A stretch of 62,556 nucleotides of DNA, the filler included, from Globobulimina sp. (taxonomy: Eukaryota), in NCBI GenBank assembly GCA_003354225.1. It is 41 parts of 41 records of this genome, joined end to end, with 100 filler letters (N's around TTAATTAATTAA, not from the genome) between each part and the next. Parts side by side here need not be neighbours in the genome. Positions count along the whole stretch, not along the records: positions 24,469 to 25,896 come from PIVH01016827.1; positions 25,997 to 27,424 come from PIVH01016828.1; positions 27,525 to 28,952 come from PIVH01016829.1; positions 29,053 to 30,480 come from PIVH01016830.1; positions 30,581 to 32,008 come from PIVH01016831.1; positions 32,109 to 33,536 come from PIVH01016832.1; positions 33,637 to 35,064 come from PIVH01016833.1; positions 35,165 to 36,592 come from PIVH01016834.1; 33 more parts are not named here. One strand, written 5' to 3'. Made by a program: the position numbers and the translations under genes. The notes beneath the pieces are model-generated. The model ran no database searches. It saw only the letters and a list, made by a program, of their open reading frames with translations, and was not told the DNA's origin. This document shows, in pieces, positions 24,511-36,817 of this stretch; the stretch's first letter is position 1, and each line of letters begins with the position of its first letter.

Positions 24511-24660
24511 CATTTTCAGTTTTTATAACAACAAGTTGTTCAGTTTTTTGTATATGAAATTTCAAATATAACTTTTCTCAAACAAAAAAGTTATATTTAG
24601 AATAACTTTTTTTTTGTATATTAAATTTCGTACAACTTGTTGTTATAAAAACTGAAAATG
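24511..24660. mobile_element. 150-bp MITE-like element with 29-bp perfect terminal inverted repeats
   Basis: CATTTTCAGTTTTTATAACAACAAGTTGT at 24511..24539, reverse complement at 24632..24660; inner 13-bp hairpin 24564..24598; no clear TSD. Confidence 0.7.
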
Positions 24661-24871
24661 TAATATTTAGATCTATTATAATAAAATGTTATCTTTTAAC
24701 ATTTTATTTATAACCTATTTTCCTTTAATCAGATAAGAGGTAGATTGTTTTTTTATATTGTTTGAGAATTATCCAATGTATCCCGCATTGTTTATTTGAG
24801 AAAAAAGGAAACAAAGTTGAGAGCTAAAACTGCAATAGGCTCAGAATAAGTACTGGGAATTTCTGTAACCT

Positions 24872-25896
24872 ATGGGCTGTCAGATAAGTGCTGTAATAGG
24901 GCTCTCCAATAAGTCAACACCTGCCGTCTTTTATAGAAGGGAAAGGCGGTCACAATTATTAGTAACTGGATACGTTAGAAACGCTATTTTTCAATACATC
25001 CATAGAGATATTCTTAATATCATTCATGCATTTCTTTACAGAATTCTATTGGAATTATATTCTATTGGAAACAACAAATGGAGACAACAAGGAAACGGCG
25101 GACATGAACGTATTGGAAAAATAACAAAAATAAAAACATTTGATAAAAAAATACAAAATATTGTTACTTGTGGTGGTCCGAATTGTGTAGCAGCATATAT
25201 TTTATTTGATGATGGAACCTATGAATGCTGTGGTGATAATAGATTGGGTGTATTAGGTGTTGAGCAGCTATTAAATGAACAGCATTATAATGTTGTATGG
25301 CATCAAATAAAAGATATGAAAATAAAAAATATATTTGCAGCACCAAACGAATCATATCATTCATTTTGTATTTCAAATGAGAATAAATTATATGCGGTCG
25401 GACGGAATAATAAGAATCAATTTGGTATAAAAACAAATACAGAAAATAATTATAATAATCAATGGACACCAATTAATACAACATTATCGATTCAAAAAGT
25501 AGCAACAACAGGGTGGTATACAATATTTTTAAGTGATAATGGTAAAATATATGTTGCTGGTAATGATTTTGGTACTGGTGGTTTAGGATTAGGTAAAGAT
25601 ATTAAATCATCACCAAATATTCAAGAAATTCAAATAAAAATAAAATTTAAGGATATATATTGTGGACGTTATCATACCTTAGCAATTGATGATAATTATG
25701 GTGTTTGGTCATGGGGATATGGCGAATATGGTAGATTAGGTCATGGCGATGATAATAATAGATATTCACCAACAAGAATACAATATTTTATTCAAAACAA
25801 TATTAAAATTGGTAAAATATGTTGTGGTTTTAGACATAATGTATTACTATCATTAAATAAGAAAGTTTTGATCTTTTTGTGTTGTGTTTATTTATT
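24872..25896 (+). CDS. RCC1/BLIP-II repeat protein, 3' partial
   Basis: CGRYHTLAI...VWSWGYGEYGRLGHGD and related repeats. Confidence 0.92.
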
Positions 25897-26328
25897 NNNN
25901 NNNNNNNNNNNNNNNNNNNNNNNNNNNNNNNNNNNNNNNNTTAATTAATTAANNNNNNNNNNNNNNNNNNNNNNNNNNNNNNNNNNNNNNNNNNNNCAAT
26001 GAAAATAAGCAACATATCCTCATCGACCATCAAATGGGTCACCACCGCGCCAGTCACCAATATCAATCTCAATATTACACATTCTGTGTTTAAGACCACT
26101 GCGTTGGCGCTGCAATTAAATGCCACCACCAATCCAAGTAATAACTTCATTCGGTTTACAAATAATACATTTAAGGTACGTATCAAATGCATTTTGATAA
26201 TCCATAAATATTACAATTTTTGACGGTATAGCTATTGTTGCTGCATCTGATGCATTTATAATGTTATTTGCGTGTTTTGTCCAATCCAATTGTTTCTCAT
26301 TTTGATTAAATGAACAATATTTTCAGAT

Positions 26329-26466
26329 GGCTATTTCCATAGAAACGGTAAGGTTTTGTGACCTTTTTTTGTATCCCTCCTATGCATTACTTAGAATGTG
26401 GTGGTTTATGAGGTATACAAAAAGGTCACAGAATGGTACCGTTTCTATGGAACGCGCCAGATAGCC
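26329..26466. repeat. Long imperfect foldback (about 120-140 nt)
   Basis: TTCCATAGAAACGGTA 26335..26350 pairs with 26437..26452; inner TGTGACCTTTTT/AAAAAGGTCACA. Confidence 0.8.
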
Positions 26467-27524
26467 CACCACCTGTCTACCGAATATTTCTCTGCGTTTC
26501 CAAGATGGGGGTCATCTTTTTAATATTGGATGATTTCAATCGACAAACACAGACATTCTTTTTAATACAATCGTCTTGTTACAATTGCAACCGCCTTGCC
26601 CTATGTATATGTTTTTGGCTAAACACCGCCCCCTTAATGCGACACTTAATTTTATTGGTTTTATTGACGTCATATCCCACGCCCATGCCACTTGGTGATC
26701 ATTTCAAAAGATATCGGTACCTATGAAGTACATAACTGTTTGAGTTGAATATCATTTTCGCAACGCCCCCACAGCAATTTATATTTCCCCATAGGTCCTT
26801 AGAAATGGTCAGTGTTCAATTGACGAGGCTGTAAAAATATAGCCTATAGCATGTATCATGTATCATTTATTTTTTGTGTGCAGTTTCTGTATTTGAAACA
26901 CCGTATAAACGTGAGGGACTTTTTTATATTGTTTGAAAACAGATTATGCAAATCTTGCTTATATGCACAGCAAAAAAAGTCTGTCACCTTTGTATACGCA
27001 TCGACATAAATACTAATGCTCCTCAGCATAGTTGTTGGTGAAATAACCCTCACTGCCACGTTTTTTCCGAAGTGAAAATGTTTGAAAACATGGTAACTCC
27101 TTTCAAGTCACAGCAAGTCACAAAGTCAAACAATGATCATGATATACTACAGCGTTGTTCATATATTGCATGATATCTGTTTTGACCGTTTCCAAAGGAG
27201 CAGATAGCACTGGCTGTAGAAACAAACTGTAAACGATACAAAACAAACTATACATTCACTAAAAGGATTACACGAGTTATTACGGCGAGAATTATTTCGT
27301 GGATATGGTGAGCAAAGGATCGGCCCTAAAAGTGAGATTTGAAGATAATAAGTTTGGTAATAATAGCATTGCGGTGACCAATTACATCCAAAGCAATGGA
27401 CCAATTGACATTTTTATGAGTAATNNNNNNNNNNNNNNNNNNNNNNNNNNNNNNNNNNNNNNNNNNNNTTAATTAATTAANNNNNNNNNNNNNNNNNNNN
27501 NNNNNNNNNNNNNNNNNNNNNNNN

Positions 27525-28952
27525 CAATTCTGCTGTGTTGGCGTAAATGATTTCGAAGCGAACGCTATGGGCCGAAATATCTTATCATCGTCGTATTGTC
27601 CAATCACGCCACCAATGCCGTTGATCGATGCATCGCAAAATATATGTAATTCGCGATCAGGATCGGGATGTATCAGAATATCGGCCGATTGTATCATTAT
27701 TTTAAGCGATGCGAAGGCTTTCCGGCGAATCGCATTCATCTCGAATGGCATATTTGTTTCAAGCAATTCATACAATGGTTTAGCGATTTGGTGCAAGTCA
27801 GGTATGAATTTGTGTAAATATGCCACCAATCCAAGGAAGACTTGCATGGCATCCTTACCATGCGGCTCAGGTACATTTATTACCTTTTTTTTGTATCTAT
27901 CTGTTGGGCGATAACCATATTTATTCACATAATAGCCCAAATATTCAGTTTCTTGCGCCGCGAACAGACACTTATCGATCCGGAGCTTAATATTATGTGT
28001 TTTTATGCGCTCAAAGACGGCGCGAATGTGTTGTAGATGCTGCTGCAAATTATCACTAAGTATGGCAATGTCGTCGATATATACAACGACGAAGTCCATA
28101 TCCTCGAATATTTTGGTCATGATTCGCTGGAACGCCGCAGGCGCATTTTTCAGGCCCATCGGCATCACCGTCCATTGATATAACTGGCCATCGAACTCGA
28201 ATGCAGTCAGTGGCTTCGTGGCATCGTCCAACGGTATGTGCCAATATCCGGCCTTCATATCCAGCGAAGTTATGTATGCCTTCCCTCTGAATCTCTGTAA
28301 TAATTTTTGTATGTTAGGTATGGGGAATTGGTCGGGCTTTGTGAGGTGGTTCAAACGGCGGAAGTCGAATACTATGCGTACATCGCCGGTTTTCTTAGGT
28401 CGGCCAAAGATGCTCGATCTCCAATCGCTGCTGCTTTTTTCTATGCGATTATCGTCCTTCAAATTCTCGATTTGGCCCTTCAAATTATCAAAATATTTAT
28501 GGCTGATATAATATGTGGGATTTACGACGGGATCGGTGTTGATGTCGTCGCGCAGCGTTATTTTGAACTTTTCGCCATGGATCTTGCCAATGTCCGCACC
28601 ACTGCCACCTTGTGAGATATTGTCGGCATACGTATGAATTATATCCATTATCGGTCCATGCGCGGCCTTATCATGTATTGTAATATCAAGATTATCGATG
28701 GCAGCGCGTACATCGGCGGCATCAGTGTTCAATGGGTATAGCTCACAGCCCATATCATCGAGGCCATCCTCGTAGTGCTCAGTATGTGATTTGTGTTTAA
28801 AGGGCGTGTCCATTTTTGATAGTTTATAGCCCAATGCATGAATTAGAGAGCGACCAATGAGGTAATTTATGTCGTCTGGTAATTGATTTAAGACATAAAA
28901 TTTTGTCTTAATTATGCGTTTTTTATGCAATATATTCATAGGAAGGTACTCG
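27525..28952 (-). mobile_element. Ty3/Gypsy LTR retrotransposon pol (protease end, RT, RNase H start), uninterrupted frame
   Basis: RIVFDFRRLN, LDMKAGYWHI, MPMGLKNAP, YIDDI, FCDAS, PIAFAS. Confidence 0.95.
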
Positions 28953-29052
28953 NNNNNNNNNNNNNNNNNNNNNNNNNNNNNNNNNNNNNNNNNNNNTTAA
29001 TTAATTAANNNNNNNNNNNNNNNNNNNNNNNNNNNNNNNNNNNNNNNNNNNN

Positions 29053-29485
29053 TGTTGACGGTTAAAAATATATTTGTAAAAATACCTTTATTATCATCGA
29101 TATCATCATCGATATCTTCAATGTCATGCAAACTGTCCGATATTTGTGGTGCATTTTGTTGATTATCATCGATATTTTCATTCAATTCTTGATCTGCAGT
29201 CTCGTTATTTATATCTTTGTCATCGATATCAATCATTTCATATTGTTGCATGTCATCACTTTGTTGGATATCTTTTTCCTTTTCAACTTCAATCTGATCA
29301 GTTTCTATCTGTTTGGCATCCTCTTCCGCCTTATTCTCATTCGAATCATCATTTGCTGTGTTTTCATCCTTGTCATTATCACTGTTACTTTGAGGACTTT
29401 GAGGTTGCGCTGCTGCTACATCAGCTGTATTATCTTCTGTTTGTGGTTGCACATTCTGAACAAGAACAGTTTCTTCGTCTGACAT
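29053..29485 (-). CDS. Acidic low-complexity protein N-terminus, partial
   Basis: ATG-initiated D/E/N/Q-rich ORF. Confidence 0.55.
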
Positions 29486-29625
29486 TATTGCAACGATAAC
29501 AAGCTACAAAACTTACAATTTATTTCAAAACTACAACGATAACAAGCTACAAAACTATAAGAAATAATTTACAATTTATTCACCAACAAAAAAAACACAA
29601 ATTTATTCACAAAAAGTCCAACATT

Positions 29626-30480
29626 CTAGAAGCTATATTTAAGCCTTAAAAAATGCGCAAATAATGTATACTGAGCATGAGCAGATAGCAATTTATATTC
29701 CTTTCTGCCTTGCTCACTATCTGCTATTTTCTGCAATATTTGCTCAACAACCTCCAAATTCAAAACCGCAGAATATATAAACCTCTTACAATACTCCTTA
29801 TAATTATACTTCCGATTTATGTGATACACACCCTCCAAATTGTACAACTTACAAAACGTATTAATTAATCTTTCCGTAAAAATGTAAATATCTTTAAACA
29901 AAATCTCTTTTTCGTGTTTTTTCCTTTCACTCAAAAAATCCAACCAATCATTCACAATCTCACCGACCGCCACTCTTTGATCCAATAGAAACGAATTGAA
30001 ATTTTCCTGCACAGCTTTTGCGCAGAAAAACGTTTCTGTCAACTTTATATTTTTATTATTTGCATTAAATTCGTCAATAACTTGTTTAAGGTACAATGTA
30101 ATGTACGCGGTCCGTTTCTTATTGTCCACTTTGGATTTATTTAACAGTTCTTTTTTCTCTTCATATTTTTTCTCCATTTTACCAATGGACAATTTCAACC
30201 GATCAATGTCTTTTTTTTTCTGATGCACATCGGAGCTGGTTCGAATTTTGGAGATTGTAAACATTGTACTTTTGACGTATTCGCGCGTATCGTTAATATC
30301 CCAGTCATCGATGGTAAAATCCAATTTGTTGTACGCAGTGTGCACTTTTTCTAATTTTAGCTCAAAACATAGCAAATAAAGGTTTTCGACACTGATACGA
30401 ATGTCAATTAAACTGAAGAGTTTCTTGAAATATCCTTCACATAATTTGGACAATAATATGATTCCATATTTCTTCCACAA
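29626..30480 (-). CDS. Hypothetical coiled-coil protein, 5' partial
   Basis: 284-codon ORF. Confidence 0.55.
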   Translation of the reverse strand: MWKKYGIILLSKLCEGYFKKLFSLIDIRISVENLYLLCFELKLEKVHTAYNKLDFTIDDWDINDTREYVKSTMFTISKIRTSSDVHQKKKDIDRLKLSIGKMEKKYEEKKELLNKSKVDNKKRTAYITLYLKQVIDEFNANNKNIKLTETFFCAKAVQENFNSFLLDQRVAVGEIVNDWLDFLSERKKHEKEILFKDIYIFTERLINTFCKLYNLEGVYHINRKYNYKEYCKRFIYSAVLNLEVVEQILQKIADSEQGRKEYKLLSAHAQYTLFAHFLRLKYSF

Positions 30481-30608
30481 NNNNNNNNNNNNNNNNNNNN
30501 NNNNNNNNNNNNNNNNNNNNNNNNTTAATTAATTAANNNNNNNNNNNNNNNNNNNNNNNNNNNNNNNNNNNNNNNNNNNNAATCAATAGTTTTATATTTC
30601 AAACCAAC

Positions 30609-32008
30609 TCATATATCTTCCAAAACCACTTGAAACACTTCATATTCATTCAACAAACATTCATGATACAACTTTGCTGATGCAGTTGCATCATATTGTG
30701 GACCACCACACAATGAATTTCCTTTATATTTATATCCGTATCCCGGATAAAAATACATATGACGTGTTGCTGTTATATTCATTGCAATGGCAATACCGTG
30801 TCCAAATGAAGCACCATTATTTTTGTGGTGGTATACAGCTTTTTCAGGCATGGTATTTGCATATAATGTGGCATTGTGCCCAAATTGAGATCGGAGCAAA
30901 AAAATAAACGAATGATCATCACGCTGGTAACCACCACTTGTTTTCCATGGCACACTCGCATAACCACCAAAAACATGATTGTAATTGGAATGGAATACAG
31001 TAAGCGTAGCTCCTTTGTTATCACATTTTTGATGAAAATATTTTGTTTCTTTCCCATCCCTTGTCATACGATAAAGGAGCAAATATTTTATCTTTTTATT
31101 ATTTGCGTTGTTTAATACTTTTTCATTCATCCATTGCATTAATTTAGTTGACTCATTTGATGTTAAAAAATTTGATTTGATGGAAATAATATTTTTAATA
31201 TTAATTGATTTAATATTTGAATACATTGACCACATTCTTTTATCAAAATATTTTATTTTAAATAAATAAATTCCAACTTTATCAACATTCATACTTTCAT
31301 TTCCTTCATTTGTTTTATTATCAATTTCAATCTCTTTTGCCGTCCAATGTTTTTCATCAAGTTCATAATCAATATTTTGTTTATCATCATCCTGTTTATT
31401 CTCATTATTATCAATTAAAGCATATTCAATTTGAATTTTTCTCTTTTTACCATCATCAATATCATCAGCATCAATCTTCCAAAATACTTTAATTACACCA
31501 TCTGGATTATCATTGTTATATTGCAAAGCTTTCAAAGTTGGCATATTTGTTTGAGATATTATGCCCAAACTGCTTAGAAACTATAAAAAATATACGACAA
31601 AAATAACAGGTATGTACATTGCTTTACAACAACTAAACTTTTGCGGCTTTATCAGCATCAAACATAAACTTAATTTTTTCATTAATTTTAGCTGAATGTC
31701 GTTGATTGCATTGTTGTATAACATTAATTATTTTTTGTTCATTTTGTGCAATTTTTAATTTTCTATTATCGAGCTCATCTAACAATATTTGTTGATGCAT
31801 TAATTGATCACATTCTTGTTTAAATTGTTTCATTTCACCCAATGATTTATTGAAATCATTTTTTCTTTTTTTAATAACATCATTTTTTTTATTGACAATA
31901 TCATTTAATTTGTTAATTAATTGTTGTTTTCTGTTATGTAATGAATTTATTAATGTTTTAAATTGATCATTTATTTCATACTCAATTTTTTCTTTTTCAC
32001 TATCAATA
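30609..32008 (-). CDS. TLDc domain protein with N-terminal coiled coil, spliced, 5' partial
   Basis: LLYRMTRDG...FHQKCDNKGATLTV...VFGGY...W...FIFLL...YEVFQV; intron about 31581..31638. Confidence 0.92.
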
Positions 32009-32109
32009 NNNNNNNNNNNNNNNNNNNNNNNNNNNNNNNNNNNNNNNNNNNNTTAATTAATTAANNNNNNNNNNNNNNNNNNNNNNNNNNNNNNNNNNNN
32101 NNNNNNNNA

Positions 32110-32283
32110 TTACAAATTCATCAACCATTAATACAATATGCTTCAAAATTGGAGGAAAAAGGAATTTTAACATTATATCATCTTAAACAAGATATTAAAA
32201 CAAGTGTTGATGTTAAAAATGTATTGGGAATTGATGATAACCATCAAATACAAACAGTTTTGAGTATTATTTTAAATATGTAA
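32110..32283 (+). CDS. Short C-terminal fragment, SAM-domain-like
   Basis: LIQYASKLEEKGILTLYHLK...LGIDD; weak motif resemblance. Confidence 0.35.
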   Translation, partial: LQIHQPLIQYASKLEEKGILTLYHLKQDIKTSVDVKNVLGIDDNHQIQTVLSIILNM

Positions 32284-32430
32284 ACAAATTTACATAAATT
32301 GTATACATTTTATTCAATTATATTTTTTACACAGAATTTGTTCTGGGTTTGTTATAACTTTGTCTTGGGTTTGCAAATCCAGCACAAAGTTATAATTGAA
32401 TTTTCGGTATACAAAGGGGGGATATATCGT

Positions 32431-33536
32431 TTAATTCTTTTTCCAAATAGGCGCTTTCATTAAAAACAGAATACTGATACATTTAATAATTCCTTCCAAT
32501 AATAAGACAGCACCTGGAAAATATACAGATGGGCCATTTCTTGTAAAGCAATAAAATATGCCTGAATACATATTTGCAAAAAATAAAAAGGCTACATTCG
32601 AAACTATTTCTTTTGCTACGTTTATACGAGCTTGGAATACTGATGGTGTTATACTCATTGTATATGAGGTATAGGCCAAACTAAACTGCCACCCAACAGG
32701 TGCTGCCAACAGAGAAACAACACAAAAAAATTCCCAATTCGGACTGAAAGCTAAAGCAATATGCAATAATGATGCCAAAACCAATGATATTTTCATTAAC
32801 AGCGGTGCTCCCAATAATTTAATTAACCTTCCCGAACAAAGACTAGATAAGGAACCAAAAGCAACTACAACAAATCCAAAAATGACAATGTCAGCTTCTT
32901 TCCAATCAAACGTTTCCATCACATATGCAGTCAAAGTGCCAAGTCCTCCAGCTTCAGATATGGTCACTACAAAATGACACATTATCAACCATTTGATCCT
33001 TGGATCAATCAATAAGATTTGGGAGTAACTTATTATTTCTTTGAATATATTCCACGAAAACTTCGTATTTGATACCGACAGATACGAATCAGTATAATCT
33101 GCAGCCACACACTCCAAATCAGCAGGATTCTCCACAAGAGCTATATCCGTTTTATTTAAATCCTTGTTCAATGTTTCTGGTAACGTTGCAACTGCGAATA
33201 TGGCTAATAATTCAAACACTGCTTGTATAGAAAATGGAACAAATAGATCCACATCAAAATACAAGATGACAATCCCGACGAAAAATCCAACGCCAGATGT
33301 AACCACAAATAGTACGGCCTGTACATTAATTTAAAACAAAATATTATTCAGGTTTTGGGTTTGAACACATTCATACCGTGCAAGCTATTGTATGGCTAAG
33401 TATATGTGGTTGAGAAGGCAAAATATCAGCAATAATGCTTTGTACTGCAACCCAAATGCTAGGAGTAACCGCATGTACTACAGACGCTGCAAATGCTGAA
33501 ACAAGCGAGACATAGCCTGCTAATAACACAGCAGTC
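32431..33536 (-). CDS. Major facilitator superfamily transporter, spliced, 5' partial
   Basis: Multiple TM helices; QSIIADI, LPETL, FPGAVLL. Confidence 0.85.
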
Positions 33537-33787
33537 NNNNNNNNNNNNNNNNNNNNNNNNNNNNNNNNNNNNNNNNNNNNTTAATTAATTAANNNNNNNN
33601 NNNNNNNNNNNNNNNNNNNNNNNNNNNNNNNNNNNNAATTGATTCAAAGTGGAATTAAAATAAAAAAATCAGCAATAAACTCAAAACGCATATTTATTAT
33701 CACATTCCAAAATCACTAAATTGGAGGATACAACAAATATTCAGTGAACGCAATTAAAAAATACAACATAATCTATAATGAAAAAAT

Positions 33788-34936
33788 ACAACAAAAAACA
33801 AAACAACAACAACAAACAATTGCCAACATAAACAGCAACATTCCATCCATGCAATCCACACACACGCCGTATTTATCACATAATCAAAAATCAGCTGAAG
33901 CAATGCGTCAAATACCACACACTCCACACATTTTAGAGCTATATAATGACTATAAGATAGATATTGTTGACAGCCAATTACAACCAAAACTATCAACATA
34001 GAATTATATATTTCAAGAATATTTAGGTAATCACATTTTATTATTATGTATTTTTGTTTGTGTTTTTGTTGTATCTGTTTGTATACTCTGTATTTTTATA
34101 TAAAAAAAAACATATACATTTTTCATAAAATACCAATCAAACAATTATAAAACATGCAAGGATATATATATTATGCTGTATTATGGATTCCCTATGCTTT
34201 TTATTGGTGTTTATGAGTATAATAATTTTATGCAAGAGTGAATATCTTGATGGATGTTTCGAAGGGACGTGAATCACTTTTTAGAACGCCTCCAAATGTA
34301 ATGCTGTCGTGGAACAAAACGCAATCAATGATTTATAAAACATACACAATCTTAATTATGTGCAATGCAGAATGATATGTAAACTACAATAATTAGCTCC
34401 CACCATTTCATTCATTCCTAAATATCGCAATTCCAACGATTACCCTAAACATAAAGTTTTAAATATGCCTTGTCTCGCAATTCCAACGGTGTACTTTAAT
34501 ATTCAAAACTATCATCATTTATTTAATATTCAAAACTATCAAGTGAATCAACGAAAACAACAACAATATCCAATCTGTAACCAGCTTGTTTTTGTAATGT
34601 GTTGTATGGTTGCCGCTTTTAGTGCACTTTTGAGATATATACACTTTTGAGATATGTGTACTTTTGAGATATATACACTTTTGAGATATGTTCACTTTTG
34701 AGATACCTAAATATTCTTGAAATATACAATTCTATGTTGATAGTTTTGGTTGTAATTGGCTGTCAACAATATCTATCTTATAGTCATTATATAGCTCTAA
34801 AATGTGGTATTTGACGCATTGCTTCAGCTGATTTTTGATTATGTGATAAATACGGCGTGTGTGTGTGGATTGCATGGATGGAATGTTGCTGTTTATGTTG
34901 GCAATTTTTTGTTGTTGTTGTTTTGTTTTTTGTTGT
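33788..34936. repeat. About 240-bp inverted duplication (arms 33788..34029 and 34704..34936) with 675-bp spacer
   Basis: Arms are reverse complements apart from one small indel, a microsatellite length change and a few SNPs. Confidence 0.95.
34624..34705. repeat. 16-18-bp tandem repeat CACTTTTGAGATAT(AT/GT), 5 copies
   Basis: Directly visible; abuts the right arm of the inverted repeat. Confidence 0.9.
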
Positions 34937-35164
34937 TGTTGTTTATGTTGTTGTTGTTGTTTATGTTGATAATGAATGATAAATCGCTTAGTTTCTTGTT
35001 TAAATTCATTATGTTGGCTTATTACCTCCTGACTATTGATAATATGATATTTCTGTTATGATTANNNNNNNNNNNNNNNNNNNNNNNNNNNNNNNNNNNN
35101 NNNNNNNNTTAATTAATTAANNNNNNNNNNNNNNNNNNNNNNNNNNNNNNNNNNNNNNNNNNNN

Positions 35165-35379
35165 TTTTTCACTGATTTATTCTTATTATTGTAATATTTT
35201 AAAGCAAATGCTAATCGTTGTAAATGTTGACAATTATGGATAATATTATTATTGTCAGTTGTTGTTTGATTACAATTCATTTCAGTTTGTTTAAATAAAT
35301 TTATATTAATTTCGTCTTGTTTATAATTTCTCTCATCTGCTTTTTCATCATTTACAGGAAATGCCATGTTTGATGACAT
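35165..35379 (-). CDS. Member of a lineage-expanded family (C-x-HL-x-R...L-[KR]-YY), partial
   Basis: NCQHLQRLAFALKYY; similar to 50441..50719. Confidence 0.6.
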
Positions 35380-35498
35380 CTTGGATGTCTTAAACGATAT
35401 ATCCCATTCGATAACTGTTTATGGATGTTGCCAAATGTAAAGATTAAACTGTTTTGCGAATCTCAAAGTCGGTGTACCCCTTTAATATTTTGCAAACA

Positions 35499-35774
35499 AT
35501 GGAACAGAAATCGGAATTCAAACAATCAATACAACACTATGCAGATATTGGTGACAAGAATGAGCAGCAAAAAATAGAAAATAAAAGTGGAACATTAACA
35601 TTTAAGCGATTACTAAATTATTCGAAACAAGAAAAGAAATTTATAATAATTGGAGTGATTGCATCAATTGCAGCCGCAGTCCCTCGTCTATCTATACCAT
35701 TACTCATTGGTGAGATAATTGGCGCAGTAACAACTGCAACGGATTCGACATATCTTTTAACATTTTATATATAA
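35499..35774 (+). pseudogene. ABCB-type transporter N-terminal fragment, no continuation visible
   Basis: TFKRLLNYSKQEKKFIIIGVIAS...LSIPLLIGEII; a convergent gene ends about 190 nt downstream. Confidence 0.55.
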
Positions 35775-35961
35775 CCTATTTTCCTTCAATATCTTTTCAA
35801 TTTCATTTATATTTTCTGATCGAAATTTATCTCTATATTTTTGCAAAAACTTACTAGTGGTTTTTATAAAAAAACACTGATGCAAACCAGAAATGAATTT
35901 TGTCCACAGAATCATTGGAATCAAGACCCTTACAAATATTGCCTAAACAAACAACAGTCCT

Positions 35962-36339
35962 TTATTCTCCAATCAACTCATTTAATTCCCCAATATGCTG
36001 AGGCAAACATTCCACTTTGATAGCAAACCTTTGTTGTATCTGTTCCATCACTGTCCTTTCTTCTTGATTTGCCTCAAATGTTATTGCAATGCCGGTCGAA
36101 GACGCCCTTCCAATCCTACCCACTCGATGTAAATACTCATCCGTAGTTTGCGTCATATCATAATTTATGACACAATTTACTTTTTCCAAATCTATTCCTC
36201 TGCCAAATAAATTTGTTGCTACCAATATTCTATATTCAGATCGTTTAAAACACTCAAATTGACGGAATCTTTCCGTTTGACAGTGGTCGCCATGAATACA
36301 AACACTTGGAAAGCCAACTTTGCACAGCAACGCATTCAA
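35962..36339 (-). CDS. DEAD-box RNA helicase C-terminal domain (UAP56/SUB2/DDX39-like); 5' part replaced by foreign DNA
   Basis: RILVATNLFGRGIDLEKVN.VINYDM, YLHRVGRIGR, GIAITF. Confidence 0.88.
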   Translation of the reverse strand: MNALLCKVGFPSVCIHGDHCQTERFRQFECFKRSEYRILVATNLFGRGIDLEKVNCVINYDMTQTTDEYLHRVGRIGRASSTGIAITFEANQEERTVMEQIQQRFAIKVECLPQHIGELNELIGE

Positions 36340-36525
36340 TATACCCGAGGTTATGACGCTGCAAGGGTAGAGATGTTCGAGCAGTATCAGGACGATTTAG
36401 AGATTACCACAAAGAACGCCGAGAAAGATTTAGACATAGCAATTGAAGACAGAGAGCATTGGCAAGCGGTAGCTATTGCACTAAGTCAGTCAAAAAAGAA
36501 CAAGGGAAAAAGAAAACGTGGCTAA
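36340..36525 (+). CDS. Probable phage ORF, C-terminal part
   Basis: YTRGYDAARVEMFEQY...KGKRKRG*; stop overlaps the next GTG start, prokaryotic-style coupling. Confidence 0.5.
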   Translation, partial: YTRGYDAARVEMFEQYQDDLEITTKNAEKDLDIAIEDREHWQAVAIALSQSKKNKGKRKRG

Positions 36526-36592
36526 ACTATGTCCAAAGGGTAAAGCTGCAGCAAAACGTAAGTTTGATGTATATCCATCAGCTTATGCAAAC
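36518..36592 (+). CDS. Marine phage protein N-terminus (DUF5872-like), truncated
   Basis: GTG start, MAKLCPKGKAAAKRKFDVYPSAYAN; AAGGGA upstream. Confidence 0.75.
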
Positions 36593-36817
36593 NNNNNNNN
36601 NNNNNNNNNNNNNNNNNNNNNNNNNNNNNNNNNNNNTTAATTAATTAANNNNNNNNNNNNNNNNNNNNNNNNNNNNNNNNNNNNNNNNNNNNAAAAGTGT
36701 TGACTGAATCTGATGAATAGTCATGGATTCATTTGGATAAACCCGAAAACACACAAAAACACCGATCTTAAGTACACAACTACCTTAAGACCGATATGAA
36801 TTATACAAATGAACAGG

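Noticed and set aside
29491-29557. 23-bp direct duplication before an ATG
   Set aside because: Simple local slippage duplication with no element structure.
33744-35061. Similar ORFs on opposite strands
   Set aside because: Explained by the inverted duplication; both copies are disrupted.
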